A stretch of 64,000 nucleotides of DNA from Macrostomum hystrix (Eukaryota > Animalia > Platyhelminthes). The notes beneath the pieces were generated by a model, which worked only from the letters and a program-made list of their open reading frames with translations, did not search any database and had not been told where the DNA came from. The stretch's first letter is position 1, and every line of letters starts with the position of its first letter. The translations under genes were made by a program, and so were the position numbers. Shown here one piece after another: positions 38,275-49,537 of this stretch. The stretch is from assembly GCA_950097015.1 (NCBI GenBank), contig CATNEN010000007.1, positions 2,604,001 to 2,668,000 of the forward strand, given 5' to 3'.

Positions 38275-38565
38275 CTGTTCTCACCCTCCTGTTCTCACCC
38301 TCCTGTTCTCACCCTCCTGTTCTCACCCTCCTGTTCTCACCCTCCTTTTCTCACCCTCCTGTCCTCACCCTCCTGTTCTCACCCTCCTGTTCTCACCCTC
38401 CTGTTCTCACCCTCCTGTTCTCACCCTCCTGTTCTCACCCTCCTGTTCTCACCCTCCTGTTCTCACCCTCCTGTTCTCACCCTCCTGTTCTCACCCTCCT
38501 GTTCTCACCTTCCTGTTCTCACCCTCCTGTTCTCACCCTCCTGTCCTCACCCTCCTGTTCTCAGC
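38275..38565. repeat. 14 bp minisatellite (tcaccctcctgttc)
   Basis: About 20 near-perfect copies. Confidence 0.92.
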
Positions 38566-39334
38566 CTTCTCTTCTCTCTCCAATGGGATATAAAACTTGA
38601 CTTTAGCAAATCTACTAGTCCTCAGTTATTTAATAAAGCATTTGATAAACTGTTCAACACCTATAACACCCGCTGTCAGGTCCCAAGGTGATCAGCTGAG
38701 CGAATCGGAGCGGCTCAGTCGCATCTGCTGTGTCCGAGAAGACAATTTGACTAAACAAATTACTTTGTTGTTAATATTGATGTTTTTGTTGCTTGTGTGT
38801 ATATACAAGTACATGCATATATAAAGCACAGAGCTTTACTTATATCAGAGCAGCATTCTTTGAGCAGCTCATAAGCCAGTACTCTCTAAACCAGCAGTTT
38901 GTTTCTACTAAATCTATACTCGTTAACGCTTGAGTTCATTCACGAACCCCTGGCACCATAAATGCTTTGAGCGCACTCAAGCAGTGAGGATTGCTGTGGT
39001 CCCATGTTATGCGAAATTAATTCTTCATCATATTTCAAGTGCTCTACACCAGCAATCGCATGGCAGTCAATTCAAAGCTAAAAACAAATCATTGATCCGT
39101 GCCCATGCTGCAGCCGCTCTCTGTCGTGATTTTAGCCTTTCATGGGAGAGCCTTAAGGAGTTGCACAGTAAGCGGCCGTGATTGTTTATTGAATGCAGTT
39201 CTCCAATCCAAGAGTACACAAGCGGCCAACGATTTTGAGACCAGTGCTTGCTTGCGGGTTAGCGCAGCTTTGAACACCTCAGATTGGAATTTATAAATGC
39301 TTGGATTTGTTTATCAAACGCCAAGCATGTTTCA

Positions 39335-39630
39335 GAGGGGGTGAGTGGCAGAGCGGTCTGATACGTTTGCCTCTCTCACCAATCTCACTGAGCTCGATTC
39401 CACGGCGAGGCCACATTTATTTGGAGTGCAGCCTTGGAGACACGTCCTTGTGGTTTAACCTTCAAGGCACAGCGAGAGTGTACACTGCCATTCGATGAGT
39501 AAGTCAGGGCAGATGTACACACCTGTGCGAGTGTGTGCTTGCGTGCGGTATTTGTGTGAGCATGTGCTCAGGAGTCAGCTGAAAGGGCAGAATTGCCTGC
39601 TCGCTGGTTGAGGGTCTACTCGCAGCAAAT
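39335..39630 (+). mobile_element. tRNA-derived SINE family A, near full length
   Basis: Head gggggtgagtggcagagcgg (A box) ... gagctcgattcc (variant B box), central TG-rich tract, and a body that is the reverse complement of the 59425 copy. Confidence 0.8.
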
Positions 39631-41489
39631 GATGCACTTTGAGTACTTTGCGCTGGCTATTGCTCGTTACTTTATATGCAAGCTTTGCCTGACTCAGCAC
39701 AATGTCTCGCGAAGCAAGCATCCTGAGCACGAATCCGTAGGATGTCCTCAGCCGTAGGAGGACAGAAGGCCATCCGCCTTCTTAGGTTTACTAAGAACCC
39801 CGCAATTAATTTCTTACTGGAGTTACGTAACAGTAGAATAACCACGGGAGGTATTTCAAATAACTACATGTCGGCTATTATTGTTAATTTATATATATTT
39901 GAACCAATATGGATTCACCAAAGAGGTTTTTTACAGAGCAATGCTAGTTGTCCTCGTCACCAGGATCTTCGACAAGAATCGCTGAATAACTCGACGATGC
40001 TGACGTCGGAGGGCTTTGAAATTTTCGTCATCGTAAAGGTCGGAAAAGTTAGAATCAGTTGGTGGACTTTCATGAAAAGCTGTCATTCGGTTTGGGAGCT
40101 ATCGTGCAGTATGCAGTAGGTATTTGAAATACACCGGCAGGCGTCAGCGGATTGAGCAGCAGGTTCTCCTTTTTGGATGCAAATGTACTTTCAAATATAC
40201 TAATGTTCTTGTTCGTTGCGTCTACCCTTTTTGCGTTTCTCTCTCCCTCTCATTTTCTCGCTCGGGCTGTGTGCGGGCTGCGATTGGCAGGCTTGAGCTG
40301 GCAGTGTTTTTCTGACCCTTGCGTGCGTATGATTGGCTGTAGCCGGGTAGGCCGAAAGTCACATGCGATCGTGCAAGGTAATGCTCGGATATCTTTGAAG
40401 ATGATTTACGATGCAGAAAAGACTGAGCGTCCCGACAATCTATTACAGAAAAGTCTCTAAATAAAATTAGCAAGCTGCAAAATAAAATATTTCCGCAGTC
40501 TTCCAAGCAACAAAACTTCGGACAAAGCAGAGCAAACAGACTCGAACAAAACCAGCCGTCTACAGTCAAAAGTGCGGCAAATGTCCTGTCCTACCCCAGC
40601 CGATTGGCTATTATTTGATCAGGCAATCATAATTGGATTAGAGTCAGAAATATTTCCGGGAGAAGGCCACAGCGGGGCGAGAGCAGCCATCGCTCTTCTC
40701 CTTCAAGTGTTGCCCCGAGGCTCTTCAGGTGTGCTATTGAATAATGACGCCTATAGGAGTAGTGCCTTATTTGACAGACTAGAGTTAGTCGAGCTGGCCA
40801 GAATTCTCTGCATCTTCCCAGACTGAAACGGCTTTGCAACAAATGAGCGGCCAGACCCGGATTAAACCAGCTTTGACTGCCCTGATACGCAATTAAGTCG
40901 AATCCAAAGGCCAAACTTTTTTATCGAGCTTGATGATAGTTTGATCCCAGTTTGATTGGGCTCTGGCACTGAGGCTTGAGAGGCCGGTGCAAACCCATCG
41001 GTGCGGGGCTAATCGCCTGCCGAGGTGGAAATTTCGCAGCGGATCGGCAAGTTAAGAGCGATAAACAAAGCCATCGGAGCGTTCGACGGCTCTTGCGCCC
41101 TCATAAGTAGTTCTCTTCTCTTCCCAAAAGAAGCGATGTTGAAATTTCACCCCGCCGCTGGCTTGACACGCAAGCTCGCTCTCAAATCACATCCTTGCCG
41201 CTGTCCCAGTTTTGGACGGGGTTAGAATTTTGTTGCTACTTTGACGAAAAAAGGACTAAACAGACTTTGGCTTTTAAAACTTTTTTTGATGGAAGCTGTC
41301 GAAATTGGTTGGTACTTTCTCTTTCTTCTCTGTGTATACACAAACAGTCCTTAAATGTGTGTAGTTGGATGCCTTCGTGGAAAATTTAACTTACAGAATT
41401 TCAAGGCTCGAATGATGCTACTATTTTGATTTAAGTAGTTTAATGTGAACGCATAGAAGCCAGCTAATGTTGCTTGGCAAGGACCTTTG

Positions 41490-41690
41490 CGACCCAAACC
41501 TTTGCTACAAGGACATTTGCTACCATTGTGATTGCTACAAGCACATTTGCTACCAGCATTATTGCTACAAGGACATTTGCTACCATTGTGATTGCAACAA
41601 GGACATTTGCTACCAGCATTATTGCTACAAGGACATTTGCTACCAGGTCATTGCATTGCTACCAGGACTTTTGTCACCTGTACATTTGCA
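41490..41690. repeat. 30 bp minisatellite (caaggacatttgctaccagcattattgcta)
   Basis: About 5-6 tandem copies. Confidence 0.8.
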
Positions 41691-42094
41691 AACTGTCTAG
41701 CTTTTTATGGGGTCCATCGGATTGCTTTCAGAAGTGCGGTCTATGCTACCTTATATCCAACTGATCATCGTCCTTAACTAAAGGTAATTATAGTGACAGA
41801 AATGGTTGAACTTGAGCAGTTAAATAAATGTGCATCGCGTGCAAGAATTCAAATAAATGAAAACTGAAGAGTCAACTAGATGCACCCATCACCACTGCTC
41901 GAACCTGAGCGAGCTCATATTTGCCTCTTGGTTTTGTACTTTATTCTTGGATATATTTCATATTGGCCACTGTGGAAAAATATTTTATCTGTCCATTGAT
42001 CTTATCTGTCACCTGTTATGATCTTATCTGTCACCTGTTACAATCTTGTCTCTCACCTGTTATGATCATATTTATCTCTTACGATTGTGAGTGA

Positions 42095-42300
42095 CAGCCC
42101 AGAGGTTGGAGCTTTGGACTTCTGACCGAGACGTCAGGAGTTCGAATCTCGGCCGTGGCAGCAAACAGTGTCCTATAGCAAAACACTCGATTCCCTAGTG
42201 ATTCAGTTCATCCAGCAGGATAATCAGAACTAGCAGTTAGCTGGGCCGTAGATGTTGTGTAAGTGCCACAGTCTCCCCAGTCCATGGACTGAACAGTTGT
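42095..42300 (+). mobile_element. tRNA-derived SINE family B
   Basis: ggttggagctttggact..ggagttcgaatctc head (B box), cagtgtcc..agcaa core and ccatggactgaacag tail. Confidence 0.65.
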
Positions 42301-42924
42301 ACAGTGGTCACTAAAAGTGAAGAGCAATTTACATGTTATTTTTAGCACTCTAATAATATCAGTTTGGACCAAGTGGCCGCAAAACAAGCTGCAATGCGAA
42401 AAAAACATTTCATTGTACTCCTAAAAGCAAGTGGGAAGCCTGTGACAATGAGGGCTTCAGCACTGCCGGTGCAGCGAGTTGTAGGGCTTTCCTAATATTA
42501 CTCAGTGCAAGGGGCTGAGGCGGTGAAGTCACTAAAAATAGGCTGACAAGGGAAACAGGAAGTGACGCGAATTGGGCACCGCCGTGGTAAAGTGGGAAGT
42601 TTATTTTTTCATAAAGCTTCCTCACGTGTCATTTGCTGAGCTGAAAGGCGGGGCACAGACAGGCGGGGAGTTATGAGATTGAGATGGAAGCCAGGGCCGC
42701 GCACAGAGAGATGGGGCGTCTGGACGATTGAGACCGTTATCGACTTGTGGGCCAATCGGGGCGAGTTGAGGGGGCGTTGAGAAGCTACTCACTCCACTAC
42801 TCGAGGAAGATAAATGGCGCCAACTTCCTTGAGATTTGACAATTCTGACATCTGACGAACCAGTTGAGCCTTTGCACACAGCATTGCACTGAAGGTGAGT
42901 CACTTTTCAATTAATTAAAGGCCC

Positions 42925-43690
42925 ACATCCATTCCTGACCCACATCCATTACTGACCCACATCCATTCCTGACCCACATCAATTCCTGACCCACATCCAT
43001 TCCTGACCCACATCAATTCCTGACCCACATCCATTCCTGACCCACATCCATTCCTGACCCACATCAATTCCTGACCCACATCCATTCCTGACCCACATCA
43101 ATTCCTGACCCACATCCATTCCTGACCCACATCAATTCCTGACCCACATCCATTCCTGACCCACATCAATTCCTGACCCACATCCATTCCTGATCCACAT
43201 CCATTCCTGACCCACATCCATTCCTGACCCACATCCATTCCTGACCCACATCAATTCCTGACCCACATCCATTCCTGACCCACATCAATTCCTGACCCAC
43301 ATCCATTCCTGACCCACATCCATTCCTGACCCACATCAATTCCTGACCCACATCCATTCCTGACCCACATCAATTTCTGACCCACATCCATTCCTGACCC
43401 ACATCCATTCCTGACCCACATCAATTCCTGACCCACATCAATTCCTGACCCACATCCATTCCTGACCCACATCAATTCCTGACCCACATCAATTCCTGAC
43501 CCACATCAATTCCTGACCCACATCAATTCCTGACCCACATAATTCCTGACCCACATCAATTCCTGACCCACATCAACTCATGACCCACATCCATTCCTGA
43601 CCTACATTAACTCCTGACCCACATCAACTCCTGACCCACATCAATTTCTGGCCCACATTAACTCCTGACCCACATCCATTCCTGACTCAC
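42925..43690. repeat. 17 bp minisatellite (tgacccacatccattcc)
   Basis: About 44 copies with a c/a polymorphism. Confidence 0.93.
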
Positions 43691-43994
43691 ATGTATTCTT
43701 GCTCAACTGTCATCGTGCTGCAAAGAAATTTTGATGAAATAAATGATGCTAGCTTCCGTCAATAAGCATCTAATTAAGGCCAATGACAAAAAAATTTTCT
43801 TGTCTCGCTTTCTAGACATAATCTAGGCCTCAGTAATTTTGCTTTAAATTACATTTCATTTCCTTTAACATTAGTCCGGGACTTCCTTCAACAAAGGGAT
43901 TGCAGCTTTTCAAGGGTTCGTAAAGAGGTTTTTGACACCGTTTCGTATGGCCTCACTAACGCACACCTCTGTCTAACACTCTTTTTGAAACACA

Positions 43995-44230
43995 CCTCCC
44001 TGACACACCTCCCTGACACACCTGCCTGACACACCTGCCTGACACACCTGCCTGACACACACCTCCCTGACACACCTGCCTGACACACCTGCCTGACACA
44101 CACCTCCCTGACACACCTGCCTGACACACACCTCCATGACACACAACTGCCTGACACACACCTCCCAAACATAGACCTCCCTGACACACAACTCCCTGAC
44201 ATGCATCTTCCTGACACACCTTCCTGACAC
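43995..44230. repeat. 12-14 bp minisatellite (cctgacacacctg)
   Basis: Tandem degenerate copies. Confidence 0.85.
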
Positions 44231-45198
44231 ATCTTATTTACACACATCTCACTCTTAGGCATCCTCAATAAATGAATACTTCTAATAAATCACATCAAAT
44301 TCGTATCGAATGACAGCTACACATCTTTGTCCTATCGGCTCGAGAAGTTGATATCCTAATCCGATACGGGATGGATGTAGAGCTAAATCCTCTATTAGCG
44401 AAGGTTTGATCCAAGCATTGGACGCAACGCCCATTCCATATATAGAATGTGCCGATGGATAGTATCTAACACTGAGATTGCCGGATGATGAGTTGAGCTC
44501 GATAAACCCGAGCCGGACCTGTCAGCAGAGGGGAGCGAGCGGACATCCGGCTGCACTTTATAGCACTGGGCGGGTTCGGAACTGGTTGACCATGCCGCTC
44601 CACGGCCGCTCCACTCGATTAGCTAATCAGTAGAGTTGGGGGGTAGCTCCCTAATCCGCCTGTGGAGTGGCGAGCAGATAAGACAGTATCTGCGCCCCAC
44701 AGGTCTGCAGCATCCGCGTGGATGCGGGGAAGAATGAACAGCACCATGGCTGCTCGGTGGGGATGAAGTGGGCGTTCTTGTTTTCAGAGACACAGATAAG
44801 GAAATATGAGGAGTCAAGGAGCGGCACGAGGCCATCAAGGATAGAGCGAGAGTAGATAAGTCAGCGAGATAGATTGAGTGCTGCAATTTGATTAACTTGA
44901 GTGCGACCATGTCAAACAGCAAAGTCTTTTTCATTATAATCTCATAAAAAATGCTGTTTTCTGTCTAAGGTGCATGTCTAAGGAAGTCGTACTATTTATA
45001 GCTTGAGATGTCTTCCTTGAGACGGTCAAGAGACGTCTTCCTTCGTACACTCAGACCAAGGTCACTGACTCTCGGACCAAGGTCCCCTGAGCTCGTATCC
45101 AATTTCTCAATTATCAACTGATCTCAACGACGATTTACCGTTTCAGGCTGCAGTCTTTGGTCTGGAAAGCGAGAAGCAGCAAAGTGAGAGTTTTCACA

Positions 45199-45864
45199 AT
45201 GCCCGAGCAGAGCTGCGACTACCGCGTGGCCGTGTTCGGGTCGGCCGGTGTGGGCAAATCCTCCCTGGTGCAGCGCTTCATTCGAGGCACCTTCAAAGAG
45301 GCGTACACGCCCACAGTTGAGGACACTTACCGACAGGTGATTAGCAGCGATAAGCAGGTGTGCACACTGCAGATTACGGATACGACTGGGTCGCACCAGT
45401 TCCCAGCCATGATGCGGCTCAGCATGAGCAAGGGCCACGCATTCGTTCTGGTGTACTCGGTTACCGCTCGAGCCACTCTTGTCGAGCTAAATGCTGTTGT
45501 TACAGAGCTGCGCGACATCAAGGGCGCCGACATTGCGACTATCCCGCTGATGCTGGTGGCCAACAAGAGCGACGAGCCCGCGAGCAGTCGAGAGGTGAGT
45601 CGAGACGCGGGCGCCGCAGTGGCCGCCAAATGGGGTTGCGGCTTCATCGAAACCTCTGCCAAGGACAATGTCAATGTTAGCGAGGCCTTCGCGCAGCTGC
45701 TGCGCATGGACAAGGAGCGCGACATGGCGCTGCTCTGCGAAGCCGGGTGGCAGCATCAACAATCTGCTGCTGCGGCCACCACCTCAGCCGGTGCTGCTTC
45801 GCGGGGTGGTCGTGGCAGTAGCTGCAGATCGCGTCACAGGAGCCGAAAGTGCAGCCTGATGTAG
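45199..45864 (+). CDS. DIRAS: GTP-binding protein Di-Ras (DIRAS1/2-like), single coding exon, 221 aa
   Basis: [89 protein letters not shown] and CaaX CSLM match Di-Ras. A 5'UTR acceptor is likely at 45146. Confidence 0.95.
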   Translation: MPEQSCDYRVAVFGSAGVGKSSLVQRFIRGTFKEAYTPTVEDTYRQVISSDKQVCTLQITDTTGSHQFPAMMRLSMSKGHAFVLVYSVTARATLVELNAVVTELRDIKGADIATIPLMLVANKSDEPASSREVSRDAGAAVAAKWGCGFIETSAKDNVNVSEAFAQLLRMDKERDMALLCEAGWQHQQSAAAATTSAGAASRGGRGSSCRSRHRSRKCSLM

Positions 45865-48574
45865 CAGCGAGATGAGCTGCTGAGGAATCTGTCACGAGCG
45901 TGACAAGTCAATGACTGGTTGGTCCCAGTGGACTCAGCGCGGCGCCCCAAGGCGTCAATTCTTCCTCTGAACATGCGCACAACTTGTTTTGTTTCCGATA
46001 GTATGAGGCAAAAACGTGCTGCTTTCTGCCACCAACTAATTATTGGACCGCATGTGCAATCCGGTGTTGGCTATGTCAGAAAATCAAGGCCAGTTACATT
46101 TTAATTCGTGAAACGTCGCGCCTGCTACGTTTATCATTTTGAAAACATCTGCTTAGCACACGATTTTTGGATACCACGGATCGGAGTGAGTGAGGCTGAG
46201 GCGCAGACGAGGGTTAGATGTGTAGGCGTAAACAATCCAGAAAAATATTATTTTAATTCACAAATTCCAACGAGTTAACAAGGCCATCTCTGTACTACTT
46301 CAATAATCCTTTGGAATCGTCCTTTGTCCCGAAAACTTCCAATAATATATTTCCGATTCGATGTAACGCGAAGAAGGATATTATTCGTCGCTAATTTGTT
46401 GCGCACCAAATTCCGGTCTAATCATGTAAAAACGATGCGAGCTAATTTGATACGTGCAGTTAAACAGTGGAAGCTATAGCGCTTGTACTAAAATGTCACA
46501 CTGAGTGTTCACTGCTCCCCGGAATCTGCAGGCATGATAGATTAATATATGCGAGAAAACATACCACGCCCTATGGAGGGTGAACACGACGCTCGGAGCA
46601 GAATTGCTCGAATGGGCATGCCAGTTTTTCTCTGAAATCCTCATTGTTACGGCGTGATTCATTTTTTAATTGAAATTCATATTGAATTTTTTATTAAAAA
46701 GTACACCTAGTTTAGATTGGCTTCGATATGTACCACTGCTGCTTTAGTTTAATAAGTGGCACTGCTTTTAAGTGTGCTCTTGATTTTGCTTTTCAGTGTC
46801 ATTTACCCAGAAGTGGCGTGCGTGGATGGAAATACTTTTGTGAAAAATGTCTGCTACTATGGTGGCGCATTGAAGACACCCACCTGCACACCGTCAGAGA
46901 ATTACGGTGGCCTTGAATATATCGAAAGCGCGCTCCGCGATGCATGAACGATAGCAGGTGATTAATAGCTGATACGGCTTGAAGAAGAGAGTTTGGGATT
47001 TGCGAACAGCAGCAATGGAGACAAACAGGGCAGTCGGCTGTTGTTACTTGTAACTTAACACTGGCAAGCTAATGTCATCATTATCCACATGTGTGATTCC
47101 CGCTACTGTGCGAGCTCATTAGTGCATTCCAGAGCACCTTGTGCTTCTTCTCGAATTAGAAATATACTTCACGCGTGAGCACTGTCAAATTACATGTTGC
47201 GAAACGAATAGAACACACAGAATCACAGCAACAATCTCGTATTCTAATATATTATAGAACGAGTAAAACCTTGAGCTAAATTTGAATTCCTAATCTTCAG
47301 GGGTGAATGCACGTGCTCCCATAATCCCTGAGTTCTAATTAGCTGCGAGACCACATCAAATATGAGCATAGCCAAAAGTGCAATATGCTTACGGCTTGAC
47401 AATGAATAATTCAGGGCAGATGTGCACCCCCTGTGTGCGTGCGAGTGTGCTCAGCGTCATCGGATGCTGCAAGTCGACTGTCGATAGAATGATGCACCAT
47501 GCCCACAGCCCAGAAATATCAAAATATTTGTTATTACAAGGACTTCACATTTTGTATTGCTTGGGCCTTAATAATTGATGATAGCATGAATTCAACGAGC
47601 TTGTACTCTGACGTTACCGCATTTAGTCAAAGGGAAATTAGGAATAAGCGAATCAGGCCCACATCCGTCAAATAAAGTCGCTGTTTGCTGGGTCACTGAA
47701 GTTCACGTCTTATAAAACTATGTATATGACTCTAAGCATAGAGCGCATGCTTGCATACTCAATAGATAGCTGTATACGAGATTGATATATTTATAATAAA
47801 CAATATTGCTGCACCCGCCCGGTAAGCAATATCATCAAATATCAGGATCAGTTCTGTCCGGCAATGCGGGCTTGTGTATATAGGGATTCGCCAAATCTTT
47901 ATTCGGCTTCAATCCGGCACTAATAACGCTCAGACGTCACGTACCTGTACTGTACCGGCCTACATTTGCCGCTGCATATGCATTATAAACATGAGCTAGT
48001 AGCCTATTATAGTATGTATATGCATATTATATGCACATTATACTTCCCAAATACAGTTGTACTTCTAATCTATAAAATTACATAGTTTAAAATATTATAG
48101 CCAGGAGTGTCAGAGAGACGCGATTGAAGAACTTCGGGGCATAATGTAACATTTCACTTGTTTTCCACTTAAAATCTTTTTTTGTGATCCAAGAGCAGAG
48201 CAGGAGCACAATCAACACACCTGTATGTAGCTGATGCAGAATTTAAAAAGCAGCAATCAAGTAAAGCGCATGATTTTGCTACAAAGAATTTTACGCGTGA
48301 ACTAAACGTTTCGCAATGCATTCAGCTGTTCCTGCATGCAACCTATAGTGGCTCCAGTATCAAAGTACATTTCACTAAATGAGTTCCGCATTAATTCGAT
48401 TCATCTTCAAAATAGAAAGTGTGAAGATGAAATGTACGATTCACTAATCTATATCTATTGGATTGTATCTTCTAGTAATGCCGCAACAAAAGTACTTTAC
48501 TCGGATAATCTGAGTTGAGTAACGTGAACGTGAAGCACGGCTGTGTACAACAGATGCATCATATTGTTGATAGC

Positions 48575-48800
48575 TGTAGACCCGCAGCCAATGAGAGGCA
48601 ATTCTGCCCAAATTCTGCTGACCCTTAAGCACAGGCACGCACGGGGTTATGTACGCGAGCACAAACGCAGAGGCTTACCACCTATCCTAACTATCAGATT
48701 GTCATGCAGTTTGCATTCTATACTCTCACTGTGCCCTTGGGCAGAGGTCGGAGCAAAAGCGTTAAGTGCGGATCCCTACACCCAGCTCTTAGCGGCTGCG
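48575..48800 (-). mobile_element. Diverged copy of SINE family A
   Basis: tagacccgcagcc..gaggcaattctgcccaaatt..gctgac matches the family A 3' body. Confidence 0.5.
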
Positions 48801-49537
48801 CACTGCGCCACAAATTGATGGTTAGCGGATTTGAAGGACTCGAATTTTGCTAAGAATCAAACTTCAGCATACTACTAGAGCAAGGGCACTCAAGGAGCTT
48901 TGTGTGAGAAGCAAATAACCACTGTGTCAGTCACCCCTTTCGAAGCCACTAAGACAGTTGCTGGAATTCAATAAAATAAATTTCTGCCGGAGACTTGAAG
49001 ACAAGGCATACTATTTATTGTGTGAAAGACACAAAGCAAAAATAAAAATTTTATTGATTGTATCGTTTAAACAAAAAATACAACAAACTAAGAATCCCAT
49101 GTATTCACAGAAGTAAGATAAAAGAAGTAAGATATTAGAAGTAATATAGAATCTGTGGTTTTAAACACTTTTGAAAACAGATTTAATGAAGTGATTTTAT
49201 GTAATTTTTTCCGAGTTGCTTGAGTAACTTTTGTAACTAAAAGCATCGCCAATTTTTAATTTCTGTAGTTTAGAAACGAACTGCATTGCTTTAAGTTAAA
49301 ACATCGCTCATTTCTCGCACAGTTAAAACATCGCACCGTATTTTGTTAAACACAATGAAATCAAAACTTTTTAGCACACACAGTTTTCTAAGAAAAGCGT
49401 AACAGCACGCATGTCAATGTTAGTAGGACGTATGTAAATTGTGAATTGGAGTGTTAATTAAACTTTCTTGTGACTATTTAGCGAACCAATATCACGAGTA
49501 GCAAATTTTTTCTCTGTGCCCTCTATAACGTTGGAGA

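Noticed and set aside
46756-46947. 63 aa ORF resembling a secreted peptide (hydrophobic N-terminus, three Cys)
   Set aside because: Starts at GTG directly after an in-frame TAA; the hydrophobic stretch could simply be a polypyrimidine tract; no recognisable family.
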